This document shows, in pieces, positions 12,973-22,828 of a stretch of DNA of 64,000 nt. The position numbers were made by a program, and so were the translations under genes. The notes beneath the pieces were generated by a model. That model saw only the letters and a program-made list of their open reading frames with translations. It had not been told where the DNA came from and made no database searches. Source of the DNA: Limnochordia bacterium. GTDB taxonomy: Bacteria > Bacillota > Limnochordia > DTU080. The DNA lies in contig JBMNJG010000011.1 in NCBI GenBank assembly GCA_050951545.1, positions 331,838 to 395,837 of the forward strand, given 5' to 3'. Position 1 is the stretch's first letter. Each line of letters starts with the position of its first letter.

Positions 12973-14081
12973 TGGACACGCTCGCGAGACTGGCTCGGTA
13001 GTCGGACAGATGCACCCGGATTGGTACGTGAGTCGGGGCCAAGAATCCGACCGTGATGGCAAAATAGCCGCCCCATCAACCCCTGGGCGCAATGTACGTG
13101 GTAAAAGTGCAGCGATGCGGCCTTCGCGAAGCCCTTTTTGCTCATTTTGATCGCCCGAAGGGCTCTTTTCCCCGCCAAGAGCACGCTTTCCCGTCTCATG
13201 GCCCTTCTGGAGCTACCGGGCAGTACATAACCGAACAGTGTCGATCGCCTTTTTCCACTCAGTCGATGGGGTCAGCTCCCCAGTGCGCGATCACAGCGGG
13301 CTCGCTCGGGTCCCTCTGCGAACCGACCCTTCGGTGTTAACCCGGTGGGTGTGTTTCGAAAAGGGTGGACGGACACCATGCACACCCTCGCGAGACTCGC
13401 TCGGTAGTCGGACAGATGCACCCGCATTGGTACGTGAGTCGGGGTCAAGAATCCGACCGTGATGGCAAAAGAGCCGCCTCATTAACCCCCGGGGCCAATG
13501 TACGTGGTAAAAGTGCAGCGATGCGGCCTTCGCGAAGCCCTTTTGGTTGGTTTGGACGGCCTGAAGGGCTCTTTCCCCCCAAAAAGAGCGCGCTTTCCCG
13601 CCCTGGCGGCCCTTCTGGGGCTACCACGCAGCACATAACCGAACGGTAGTGACTGCCTTTTTCCACTCAGTCGATGGGGTCAGCTCCCCAGTGCGCGATC
13701 ACAGCGGCTCGCTCGGGTCCCTCTGCGAACCGACCCTTCAGTGTTAACCCGGTCGGTGCATTTGGAAGAGAATGGACGGATCAATGGACACGCTCGCGAG
13801 ACTGGCTCGGTAGTCGGACAGATGCACCCGGATTGGTACGTGAGTCGGGGCCAAGAATCCGACCGTGATGGCAAAATAGCCGCCCCATCAACCCCTGGGC
13901 GCAATGTACGTGGTAAAAGTGCAGCGATGCGGCCTTCGCGAAGCCCTTTTTGCTCATTTTGATCGCCCGAAGGGCTCTTTTCCCCGCAAAGAGCACGCTT
14001 TCCGGCCTTGATGCCTCTTCTGGAGCTGCCGGACGGTACATAACCCGACGGTGGTGGTACCTTTTTCCCACTCAGTCGATG
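12973..14081. repeat. Tandem array of ~2.7 copies of a 406-bp non-coding unit
   Basis: ctcgcgagac at 12981/13387/13793 and agcgatgcgg at 13111/13517/13923 give a period of 406; copy 1 (12973-13175) is identical to copy 3 (13785-13987) over 203 bp; copy 2 is diverged. Confidence 0.97.
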
Positions 14082-14212
14082 ATCCGAGGGGGAAATGCTG
14101 TCGACTCCCGGTGGCCACTGGGTCTTAGCTGGCAATGCGCGCGCAGTCAGCGAAGAACTATTGTCTGTGGAAGGATTCTGGAGCCGAACATAGAATTCAG
14201 CATTGAATCAAT

Positions 14213-14226
14213 CGAACACATGGTCG
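14213..14226 (+). promoter_or_regulatory. Putative LexA/DinR (Cheo) SOS box
   Basis: CGAACACATGGTCG has 1 mismatch to Firmicutes CGAAC-RNRY-GTTYG; lies just after TTGAAT (14203-14208) and before RBS GAGGTG. Confidence 0.55.
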
Positions 14227-14244
14227 TTATGTGAGGTGAGGCCC

Positions 14245-15306
14245 TTGTACTCTCTCTATGTAGATGAGGTGAACGTGCCGCTCTCACTGCTACTGACTCG
14301 CGAGCTAAAAGCCAGCGAGAAGATCGTTTGGATGGCCTTAACGATGGATGATCAGCTGGAGGAAAGTTTCCTTTTCTCGCCCAGCCGCCTGGGGCGGCGC
14401 ACGGGTATGTCCCGGCCTACCGTTCGCAGGGCGACAGCCAAGTTAACCACCGAGGGCTGGTTTGCTCCACCGGCTAGGCGGGGACCTAGCCAGACCGCGG
14501 CACAGAAGCCATCCCCGGATAGGGTCTCCGTACCTGTGGAGTTAGTCATGGCTACTGAAATCCATGCACAGGCCAAATTGGTTTATGCCCTACTGCTGTC
14601 CAAACCTACGGACCCACCTCGCAAAAGGCAGTTCACATACGCTGAGTTAGCCGGCCGGATGAGTCTGAGCCCCCAAACCATCAAACACGCGGCTCGTCAG
14701 TTGGCCAAGCATGGTTGGCTGGAGATGGAGCAGGCGCACAAGCGGGCACCGATTCGCTTCACTCTCCACAACCCGGTTGATAAGCGAAATGTAAAAGAAA
14801 TACTAGACGTGCAGGATGAGCTCCACCGCGCTACGCACCTCGGAGAGGCTCTCATGCAGGCTATCTTCTTGGCGCTTGTCGATTGCCTTGACTTCGACGA
14901 CGGAATGCGCCCAGGTTTCATGAGGAACCCAGCAACTGGCAAGCGTCTGGAGGTCGATCTCTTCTATTACTTGCACAATACGGCCATGGAGTTCAATGGG
15001 GCGCAACACTACCGCGTCACGGAGCGGAATTCGGCTGAGCAGGTCCATAAGCAGCAATGCCGTGACCAGACCAAACAGCAGATCTGCGCTAAGAAGAAGA
15101 TCAAGCTGATCGTGATTCAGGCTCACGAGCTGTCCTGCAAGATCATCAAGCGCAAGATTGACAGGCGGCTGCCATTCCGGCGCGGTCAGGACTTCAACCG
15201 GAAGCTCATCAACTATCTCGAGTGTAGATGCGGTGAATACCAGCAAAGAATAGATGAGCGCGGCTGGGGAACCGCCAGCCAATCTGAGAGAAAGCAAGAC
15301 GAGTAG
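14245..15306 (+). CDS. Tandem helix-turn-helix protein fused to Vsr/DUF559-like PD-(D/E)XK endonuclease domain
   Basis: Two internally homologous HTH modules (VPLSLL..LKASEKIVWMAL..RLGRRTGMSRPTVRRATAKLTTEGW; VPVELV..IHAQAKLVYALL..ELAGRMSLSPQTIKHAARQLAKHGW), then GE..RPGFMRNPATGKRLEVDLFY..AMEFNGAQHY..QQCRDQTKQQIC..IKLIVI; TTG 14245 after GAGGTGAGG. Confidence 0.8.
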   Translation: MYSLYVDEVNVPLSLLLTRELKASEKIVWMALTMDDQLEESFLFSPSRLGRRTGMSRPTVRRATAKLTTEGWFAPPARRGPSQTAAQKPSPDRVSVPVELVMATEIHAQAKLVYALLLSKPTDPPRKRQFTYAELAGRMSLSPQTIKHAARQLAKHGWLEMEQAHKRAPIRFTLHNPVDKRNVKEILDVQDELHRATHLGEALMQAIFLALVDCLDFDDGMRPGFMRNPATGKRLEVDLFYYLHNTAMEFNGAQHYRVTERNSAEQVHKQQCRDQTKQQICAKKKIKLIVIQAHELSCKIIKRKIDRRLPFRRGQDFNRKLINYLECRCGEYQQRIDERGWGTASQSERKQDE

Positions 15307-15620
15307 TCACCTTGGGTCACCTTGTTCGTTTCGTCAGGGCTCACATCGCAGGAGGAGATGAACCCTTTATCCGAGGCTGGAGGCCGCTGGCTACCCCATT
15401 GGCAGCGGATGCGTAGAAAGCGCCTGTAAGCAGGTTGTTGTTAGGCGCCACAAGCAATCTGGAATGCGTTGGAGCCAACTTAGGGCACAGCAGATGCCAA
15501 ACGTTGCAGCATACTCCCACGGTGAACAGTGGGACGATTTCTGGGAGAGGCCAGGGGCAGCATGATTAGTAACGGGTGTTCGCCGCGATTTCACGTGTGC
15601 ACCCAGCTGCTTGCTTGTGC

Positions 15621-15649
15621 TTGACAGCCGGGAGGTTGAACTGTATGAT
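15621..15649 (+). promoter_or_regulatory. Sigma-A promoter of valS leader
   Basis: TTGACA-17 nt-TATGAT. Confidence 0.85.
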
Positions 15650-15667
15650 GTGGAAAACTGGCTTATT

Positions 15668-15908
15668 GCACGGTGATGAAGGGGAGGAGTAACGGTTCAG
15701 CCCCGAAAAAAGAGAGGCTGCCCTTGGCTGGGAGGTAGCCCGGACGGACCGTGAATGTCGCCCTGGAGCAGCTTATCCCAAAATAGGCCGGGTGCGCCCG
15801 TTATCGCGTGTAGCAAGCGCCTTTGGTGCCCCCTTATGTGGTGTCAAAGGAACTAAGGTGGTACCGCGCGAGTCTACGCGTCCTTATGGAGGACGCGTTT
15901 TTGTTTTT
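15668..15908 (+). promoter_or_regulatory. T-box riboswitch (Val, GUC specifier) with terminator
   Basis: Stem I AGTA/AGAGA/GGCTGGGA motifs; specifier GTC at 15757-15759; T-box AAGGTGGTACCGCG at 15855-15868; terminator ACGCGTCC-ttatgga-GGACGCGT followed by a T run. Confidence 0.93.
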
Positions 15909-15946
15909 AGCAGTTTGCGGATTAACCGAAGAGGAGGGAGCGCCGC

Positions 15947-18622
15947 ATGGCGCAACGCGTCTTTTCATCTACTGCAGCTGTGGAGCTACCCAAGGTGTAT
16001 GATCCAAAGGCAGTGGAGAGCAAATGGTACAAGAGGTGGGAGGAGCGGGGCTACTTCCATGCCCAGGCTCGTCCCGGACGACCCAAGTTCAGCATGGTCA
16101 TTCCGCCACCCAATGTGACGGGTTCATTGCACATGGGACATGCACTCAACAACACGTTGCAGGATGTCTTACTGCGTTGGCACCGGATGATGGGCCATGA
16201 CGCCCTTTGGGTTCCGGGCACGGATCACGCTGGAATTGCCACACAGATCAAAGTGGAGGAGCACCTGCGCAAAGAAGAGGGTCTCACCCGTCACGATGTG
16301 GGGCGTGAGCGCTTCCTGGAGCGCGTCTGGGCCTGGAAAGAGCGATATCACGCAAACATTGTGGGCCAGCTGAAGACACTGGGTTGTGCGGTGGACTGGC
16401 AGCGAGAGCGCTTTACAATGGATGAGGGATGCTCCAAGGCGGTACGTGAGGTCTTCGTTCGGCTCTATGAGAGGGGCCTCATCTACCAGGGTAGCTACAT
16501 CGTGAACTGGTGTCCGCACTGCCATACAACACTCTCTGACGTGGAAGTGGAGCATGAGGAAGTAGAGGGTCACCTGTGGTACATTCGCTATCCTATGGCT
16601 TCAGGTGAGGGGTATGCGATGGTTGCCACAACTCGTCCTGAGACCATGCTCGGCGATACGGCCATAGCCGTGCATCCTGATGATGAACGCTATGCCGCTC
16701 AGGTGGGGCAGAGCGTTGTCTTGCCCCTGATGAATCGCGAGATACCGCTCATCGCAGATAGTTTCGTAGATCCGGCGTTCGGTACCGGCATGGTCAAGGT
16801 GACGCCAGCCCATGATCCGAATGACTGCGAGATGGGCGAACGCCACGGACTGGCCCGCATTCAGGTGATTGACGAAGATGGTTGTATGAACTCTGAAGCC
16901 GGGGCCTATGCTGGTCTGGAGCGCTATGCGTGTCGGGATAGCGTTGTTGCTGACCTGGAGAAGCAAGGCTTTCTGGTCAAGGTGGAGGATCATCTGCACG
17001 CAGTGGGTCACTGCTATCGCTGTGGCACGGTGGTAGAACCCCTGATCTCTAAGCAGTGGTTTGTCCGTATGAAGCCCTTGGCAGGTCCTGCTATCGAGGC
17101 GGTGCAGCGGGGCGACATCCGTTTTATCCCTGAGCGCTTTGCGAAGCAGTACCTGCACTGGATGGAGAACACCCGAGACTGGTGTATCTCGCGCCAGTTG
17201 TGGTGGGGTCATCGCATTCCAGTTTGGACCTGTCAGGCTTGTGGAGAGCAGTTTGCTTCGAAACACGACCCGGAGAAGTGCCCCGTATGTGCCGAAGCGC
17301 GACTAGAACAAGACCCGGATGTGCTCGATACCTGGTTTAGCTCTGCTCTCTGGCCTTTCTCAACATTGGGGTGGCCGGACCAGACGGAAGACCTTGCCGA
17401 TTTTTATCCTACTTCGGTCTTGGTTACGGCGTATGACATCATCACTTTCTGGGTGGCTCGCATGATCTTTTCGGGTCTGGAGCACACAGGGCAAAAGCCC
17501 TTCCACGAGGTGCTGGTGCATGGGCTTGTGCGTGACGCATTGGGCCGAAAAATGAGTAAGTCGCTGGGCAATGGCGTAGATCCGCTCGAGGTGATCGACG
17601 AGAACGGCGCGGACGCGTTGCGCTTCACACTGCTTACGGGTGTGGCTCCGGGTAACGACACGCGCTATCATCCAGAGCGTACCGAAGCCAATCGGAACTA
17701 TGCCAACAAGATCTGGAATGCCTCTCGCTTTGCTCTGATGAATATGCAGGATTTTCAACCAACAGAGCAAGCCTTGACCGAGCTATCGCTCGAGCTTCCT
17801 GATCGCTGGATTCTGGCTCGCCTGAATTCGACAGTACGCGAAGTGAGCCGCCATCTGTCACGCTACGATTTCGGTGAGGGTGCACGGGCTCTGTACGACT
17901 TCATGTGGAGCGAAGTATGCGACTGGTATATCGAAGCTGTGAAACCGAGGCTGTACGGGCAGTACGGTGCGGAGAGTCGCCGGACAGCTCAGAGCGTGCT
18001 TTGGCAGGTGCTTTTGCGCACTTTGGAGCTACTACACCCCTTCATGCCGTTTATCACGGAAGAGATATGGCAACACCTTCCTCATGAAGGCGAATCGATC
18101 ATGCTAGCATCGTGGCCTGTCGAGGTTCCAGAGTGGGAAGATGGCGACGCGGTGGAGCAGATGGGGGTGGTGATGGACGTAGTGCGAGCCATCCGCAACA
18201 TGCGCTCTGAGAAGACGGTGTCTCCCGAGAAGGCCATTCAGGCCATTCTCCATGCCGATGCGGGGAAGACCGCTATCTTGTCCGAAAACCGGGAGACAGT
18301 AATGCATTTGGCGCATCTGTCGGAGTTGGCGCTTGAGGGAGTGGATCATGCTAAGCCGGACCAAGCATTGGCGGCGGTGGCCGCGGGAGTTGAGGTATTC
18401 TTACCTCTAGCGGGCTTGGTTGACATTGACGAGGAGTTAGCTCGGCTACAGAAGGAGCTAGCAGAGGTTGATGAGCATCTGGCGCGTACTCGCGCTCGTC
18501 TCAGCAATCCGGGCTTTGTGAACAAGGCCCCTGCGCAGGTGGTGGAGGGTGCACGCCGCCAGCTAAGCGACTTGGAGGAGCGAAGAGCGAAACTGGCTGC
18601 AACGCTTGCCGATCTGCAGTGA
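15947..18622 (+). CDS. valS: Valyl-tRNA synthetase
   Basis: [48 protein letters not shown]-terminal coiled coil. Confidence 0.98.
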   Translation: MAQRVFSSTAAVELPKVYDPKAVESKWYKRWEERGYFHAQARPGRPKFSMVIPPPNVTGSLHMGHALNNTLQDVLLRWHRMMGHDALWVPGTDHAGIATQIKVEEHLRKEEGLTRHDVGRERFLERVWAWKERYHANIVGQLKTLGCAVDWQRERFTMDEGCSKAVREVFVRLYERGLIYQGSYIVNWCPHCHTTLSDVEVEHEEVEGHLWYIRYPMASGEGYAMVATTRPETMLGDTAIAVHPDDERYAAQVGQSVVLPLMNREIPLIADSFVDPAFGTGMVKVTPAHDPNDCEMGERHGLARIQVIDEDGCMNSEAGAYAGLERYACRDSVVADLEKQGFLVKVEDHLHAVGHCYRCGTVVEPLISKQWFVRMKPLAGPAIEAVQRGDIRFIPERFAKQYLHWMENTRDWCISRQLWWGHRIPVWTCQACGEQFASKHDPEKCPVCAEARLEQDPDVLDTWFSSALWPFSTLGWPDQTEDLADFYPTSVLVTAYDIITFWVARMIFSGLEHTGQKPFHEVLVHGLVRDALGRKMSKSLGNGVDPLEVIDENGADALRFTLLTGVAPGNDTRYHPERTEANRNYANKIWNASRFALMNMQDFQPTEQALTELSLELPDRWILARLNSTVREVSRHLSRYDFGEGARALYDFMWSEVCDWYIEAVKPRLYGQYGAESRRTAQSVLWQVLLRTLELLHPFMPFITEEIWQHLPHEGESIMLASWPVEVPEWEDGDAVEQMGVVMDVVRAIRNMRSEKTVSPEKAIQAILHADAGKTAILSENRETVMHLAHLSELALEGVDHAKPDQALAAVAAGVEVFLPLAGLVDIDEELARLQKELAEVDEHLARTRARLSNPGFVNKAPAQVVEGARRQLSDLEERRAKLAATLADLQ

Positions 18623-18657
18623 TCCGCGAATATGTGCGGGATGAGGGGTGATCTGTG

Positions 18658-20028
18658 ATGAGCCAGGCAGCAGCCGTTAGCGAAGCATTGGCGTACTTGG
18701 CGGGATTGGCAAAATTCGGAATTCGTCCGACGCTCGAGCGCATGCGCGTGATGCTGGCAGCTTTGGATAGTCCTCATGCTCGGTACCCTGTGGTACACGT
18801 TGCAGGTACCAATGGCAAAGGATCAACGGCGCGCTTCATCGCTGGGGCTCTTCAGGAATCCGGGCTTCAGACGGGGCTGTTTACCTCGCCTCATCTCATG
18901 CGCTACAACGAGCGACTGATGATCCAGGGAGTTCCCATCTCAGATGACGAGCTGCTGTCTTTGGTAGACGAAGTGCGTCCTCTAGCGGAGGAGACTGCCC
19001 GTACAGTCGGACATCCGACAGAGTTTGAGATCACTACTGTCATGGCTTTCTCGTACTTTGCCCGGCGCGCGGTGGATGTGGCCGTCATTGAGGTGGGTAT
19101 GGGGGGGACATGGGACTCAACGAACGTCGTTGATCCGTGCCTGAGTGTGATCACTCCTGTAGCGATGGACCATATGGATAGATTGGGTAGCACTCTTGCC
19201 GAGATTGCCGCGCAGAAGGCTGGAGTCATTAAGCCCGGTCGTCCAGTGGTGGTAGCCGCCCAAGACGACGAAGCTGCACAGGTGATAGTCGCCAGTGCGC
19301 GAGCTCAGCAATCTGCAGTGACCTGGGTATGCGAGGACGCGGGGGCGCCGAACGCTCTGTGCGATAGTCGTTTTACGCCTATCGCCTGGGATCTCACGGG
19401 CGGCCGCTTCAATCTCGACAGCTATGGGCAGCGGTGGATGAATGTGCGAGTCGGTATGTTGGGGTATCACCAGATGGCCAACGCTGCTTTGGCCGCGGTG
19501 GCCTGTCAACGCTTGCAGCAGCTGGGTTTCCCTGTCTGTGAAGAACATGTGCGAACAGCTGCCAACTCAGTTCGCTGGCCGGGTCGGCTTGAGCTTTTGC
19601 AGGAGTCTCCCTGTCTACTGCTCGATGGGGCGCACAATGCCCAAGGCGCCCGAGCTTTGGCCAAGGCTCTTGGGCAGCTGTTTGCAGATCGGCGGAGAGT
19701 CTTGGTCTTGGGCATGATGGCCGAAAAACAGGTGGATGAGGTTCTTTCGGCTCTGTTGCCGGAAGCCTCTGCGGTGTACTGCACAGCGCCAGCCTCTAGC
19801 CGAACAGCCCCTCTGCTGCCTGCACACTTGGCCCAGCGCGTCAAGCGGGCGGCTGAGGAGCTGGGCCTGAAGAACAGGTTGGTCAGTGCGCGAGATGATG
19901 CGTGGTCAGCTGTGCAGCAGGCTCTCGGTGAATCAGGATCAGACGATGTGGTCTGCGTATGTGGTTCACTCTACCTCGTAGGGGAAGTACGAGGGGCTTG
20001 GGAGAGAGCAAACGCCGCAACGCTCTAG
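18658..20028 (+). CDS. folC: Folylpolyglutamate synthase/dihydrofolate synthase
   Basis: HVAGTNGKGS, FTSPHL, IEVGMGG..DSTNV, WPGRLE, LDGAHN, GSLYLVGEV; follows valS. Confidence 0.95.
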   Translation: MSQAAAVSEALAYLAGLAKFGIRPTLERMRVMLAALDSPHARYPVVHVAGTNGKGSTARFIAGALQESGLQTGLFTSPHLMRYNERLMIQGVPISDDELLSLVDEVRPLAEETARTVGHPTEFEITTVMAFSYFARRAVDVAVIEVGMGGTWDSTNVVDPCLSVITPVAMDHMDRLGSTLAEIAAQKAGVIKPGRPVVVAAQDDEAAQVIVASARAQQSAVTWVCEDAGAPNALCDSRFTPIAWDLTGGRFNLDSYGQRWMNVRVGMLGYHQMANAALAAVACQRLQQLGFPVCEEHVRTAANSVRWPGRLELLQESPCLLLDGAHNAQGARALAKALGQLFADRRRVLVLGMMAEKQVDEVLSALLPEASAVYCTAPASSRTAPLLPAHLAQRVKRAAEELGLKNRLVSARDDAWSAVQQALGESGSDDVVCVCGSLYLVGEVRGAWERANAATL

Positions 20029-20130
20029 AGGAGTACGCTTGGCGCGCGTGGTAATCTCCATTGAAAGCCAATGGGGAGTAGGCGTGGCCCGCCGACATGC
20101 CCGCACAACAACCACTGGAGGCTGATCCAC

Positions 20131-20685
20131 TTGGCTAAAAAACGACGGGGGCGGCACAAGAAGAAGACCATCACCCCCTTGATGACAGTGCTTGTCGTTT
20201 GTGCTGTCGCCGTTTCAATGACGTTTCTCGGGTACAGAATAGGGCAGGTGACGATTCGCGAACTAACCAAGCCTCATGTGACAGATGAGAAGGTGCCGGA
20301 CAAGTCGGCAGAGCCCGCAGCGACAGAAAATCGTGACGCTAGGAAGCCAGCCGCATCTTCGGACGTGGGTCGTGTGGTTGAGCCTCCCAAGTCAGCGCCA
20401 CAGCCTGCGGCCGACGCGCCAGCGGCACCTCAGGATAACTCGACTAACGCTGAGCCTGATCTGTGGCGGGTGCGTGTGGGGAGCTTTGCTGTGCGTGAGG
20501 AGGCAGAAACGGCCCTGCAGAAGGTACGCGATTTCGCGCCCGAAGCTTTTGTGGTCCGTGATGGAGTCTATCGTTTACAGGCAGGTGCCTTTGTAGAACG
20601 GGAGCGGGCTGAGGCCCTGGCCGATTCGCTGGCGCAGCGTGGTCTGGCTCCCGAGATGATCGCCCCCAAGAGTGCGGAACGCTGA
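20131..20685 (+). CDS. Membrane-anchored SPOR-domain protein
   Basis: Basic N-terminus, TM helix, Pro/Ala linker, WRVRVGSF..EA..YRLQAGAF SPOR repeats; TTG after GGAGG. Confidence 0.75.
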   Translation: MAKKRRGRHKKKTITPLMTVLVVCAVAVSMTFLGYRIGQVTIRELTKPHVTDEKVPDKSAEPAATENRDARKPAASSDVGRVVEPPKSAPQPAADAPAAPQDNSTNAEPDLWRVRVGSFAVREEAETALQKVRDFAPEAFVVRDGVYRLQAGAFVERERAEALADSLAQRGLAPEMIAPKSAER

Positions 20686-20776
20686 CGACCGGGTGGTTTG
20701 GTTCTTGCAGCGGGCCATGGGCGAATAGGATGTAGAGTATCTCGCCATGACCATGCAAGGAGGGGGCTAGCTATTC

Positions 20777-21880
20777 GTGCTCCGGCAGGGCGGGTTTTTC
20801 GGTGTTAGGCCAGTCATTGCCATACGCTTGGCTGTCTGGGGCCGTCAGTGGCGCATGTGGGCCGCAGATGCGTGGACCTGGAGAGCCCCTGGTGCTTGGC
20901 CGCGGCTGCGTCTTCGCCGTCTGCGCTGTGTACTGCACGCTGTGTTGGCCATGACGGCGCTGTACTTTTTTGCTGGTTGGTTCAGCGGTTCCTCGAATCC
21001 GCCTTCATCGGGCATGCATGTGGCAGTGTGGCGGGAGGACGCTAAGAGAATCCAGGTTATGGAAATAGAGGAGTATCTTCGTGGTGTCGTGGCCGCCGAA
21101 ATGCCAGCCGGCTTTCACCTTGAGGCGCTGAAGGCACAAGCGGTTGCAGCTCGCACGTATGCCATCTATACCATAGCCAGTAGATCGAGCGTGCCCGGTC
21201 GCCCGGGCGCTGTGCTCAGCACCGACCATCGCGTGGATCAGGCCTGGCTATCAGAGGATGCCTTGAGACGCCAATGGGGTTTTTTGGAGTTCTATTGGCG
21301 CTGGCGGCGGATATGCAGTGCTGTAGATGATACACGGGGGATGATACTGACCTATGCTGGCGACCCCATTCTAGCCGTATTTCACTCTGACAGTGGAGGG
21401 GTCACCGAGGATTCTGAGAACTGCTGGTCGCAGAGGGTTCCTTACTTGCGCAGCGTAGTAGATCCTGTCACAGTAGCGTCACCCCATCGGGACGTGAAGC
21501 ATGTAGTATCGCGAAGCGAACTGTTGGCGAAGGCCAGGGCACTTCCAGCAGTCTCCGCTGCAGTAGCAGCGACGGCAAAGGCGAAGGGAAGCAGTGGTAC
21601 GATAGAGGTTATTGAGCGGTATCCGTCGGGTCGAGTCAAGGTGGTTCGGGTGGGCGATAAGTATGTCTCGGGGCGTGACTTGCGTGAGGCACTGCAGCTT
21701 CGCTCGGCCTGGTTTGAAGTATCCGAGAAGGGTTCGGAAGTGCACTTTGTGCAGCGAGGCAACGGCCACGGGGTAGGGATGTCACAGTATGGAGCGAATG
21801 CCTATGCCCGCCAGGGTGCCGACTTTCGCAGCATTCTGGAGCATTACTATTCTGGAGTGGAGCTTACTGCGTGGTATTAG
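20777..21880 (+). CDS. spoIID: Stage II sporulation protein D (SpoIID/LytB lytic transglycosylase)
   Basis: EEYLRGVVAAEMPAGFHLEALKAQAVAARTY, PYLRSV, GHGVGMSQYGA, ILEHYY; start uncertain. Confidence 0.88.
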   Translation: MLRQGGFFGVRPVIAIRLAVWGRQWRMWAADAWTWRAPGAWPRLRLRRLRCVLHAVLAMTALYFFAGWFSGSSNPPSSGMHVAVWREDAKRIQVMEIEEYLRGVVAAEMPAGFHLEALKAQAVAARTYAIYTIASRSSVPGRPGAVLSTDHRVDQAWLSEDALRRQWGFLEFYWRWRRICSAVDDTRGMILTYAGDPILAVFHSDSGGVTEDSENCWSQRVPYLRSVVDPVTVASPHRDVKHVVSRSELLAKARALPAVSAAVAATAKAKGSSGTIEVIERYPSGRVKVVRVGDKYVSGRDLREALQLRSAWFEVSEKGSEVHFVQRGNGHGVGMSQYGANAYARQGADFRSILEHYYSGVELTAWY

Positions 21881-21892
21881 GGAGGTTAGTTC

Positions 21893-22759
21893 GTGGATCG
21901 GAATAAGGCACGTGTGCAGTTCGGTGAGATGAGTCCGGAACAACACAAGCGCTTGTTCGGCTCCGCCAAAACAACGGCGATCACCGACGAAGAGATCACA
22001 ACACAGATCCTGGCCATCGCCAGCGGTAAAGGCGGAGTAGGTAAGTCAACGGTCACGGTAAACCTGGCGGTCGCCCTACATAGCGCTGGTCACAGGGTCG
22101 GCATTCTTGATTGCGACGTGTACGGTTTCAGCATTCCGCGAATGCTGGGCATCGAGAAGGCTACGCCTGTAATGCGGGATGAAAAGATCATCCCCATCGA
22201 AGCGCATGGTATGAAGGTTATCTCCATGGGCAACTTCGTCCAAGGCAATACGCCTGTGATATGGCGCGGCCCCATGCTGGGGAAGGTTCTCGAGCAGTTT
22301 CTCACAGACGTAGCCTGGGGAGAGCTAGACTTTCTTCTTCTCGATCTCCCGCCGGGAACTGGTGACGTCGCTTTGGACGTGGTGCGGCTCTTGCCGAAAA
22401 GCAGTCTGATTCTCGTCACGACGCCACAGGCAGTGGCGGCTGGTGTAGCCAGTAGGGCAGGTCAGATGGCTCACAAGACGAACCAGCGGCTTCTGGGAGT
22501 GGTCGAGAACATGTCTGGCTTTGTGTGCCCTCATTGCGGAGAGCAGAGCGCCATTTTCGGTGAGGGCGGAGGCCGTGCACTAGCTCAAGAGCTGGGAGTT
22601 GAGCTTCTGGGACAGATACCGCTTACCCTAGAAGCGCGAGTGTTGGGTGATGAAGGCGCACCAGCCGCGTTGGTGGCGGGCTCGCTGATGCAAAAAAGCT
22701 ACACAGCCTTGGCAGAGCGTGTGCAGCGAATGCTAGGTGTAGCTGTTGCTCAGAAGTGA
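21893..22759 (+). CDS. mrp: Mrp/NBP35 (ApbC) Fe-S carrier ATPase
   Basis: SGKGGVGKST, DCDVYGFS, WRGPM, DLPPGTGD, VTTPQ, VENMS, CPHC. Confidence 0.92.
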   Translation: MDRNKARVQFGEMSPEQHKRLFGSAKTTAITDEEITTQILAIASGKGGVGKSTVTVNLAVALHSAGHRVGILDCDVYGFSIPRMLGIEKATPVMRDEKIIPIEAHGMKVISMGNFVQGNTPVIWRGPMLGKVLEQFLTDVAWGELDFLLLDLPPGTGDVALDVVRLLPKSSLILVTTPQAVAAGVASRAGQMAHKTNQRLLGVVENMSGFVCPHCGEQSAIFGEGGGRALAQELGVELLGQIPLTLEARVLGDEGAPAALVAGSLMQKSYTALAERVQRMLGVAVAQK

Positions 22760-22777
22760 AGGATGCACTTGTCGGTG

Positions 22778-22819
22778 AGGCAGCAGACGACACGGCCTAA
22801 TTCGGGTCGTCTGCTGCCT
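22778..22819. terminator. Hairpin between convergent mrp and trxB
   Basis: aggcagcagacgac / gtcgtctgctgcct 14-bp inverted repeat. Confidence 0.75.
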
Positions 22820-22828
22820 TGGCATTTT

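Noticed and set aside
12973-14081. CRISPR array interpretation of the tandem repeats
   Set aside because: Units are 406 bp, variable parts remain homologous between copies (no unique spacers), and no cas genes are present
12389-14234. Many short ORFs on both strands in the repeat region
   Set aside because: They recur only because of the repeat; the period is not a multiple of 3, indels shift frames between copies, and there is no RBS or recognisable domain
15358-15429. 23-aa ORF MNPLSEAGGRWLPHWQRMRRKRL after AGGAGG downstream of the nuclease
   Set aside because: RBS spacing is too short and there is no homology evidence; worth revisiting only if conserved beside nuclease homologs
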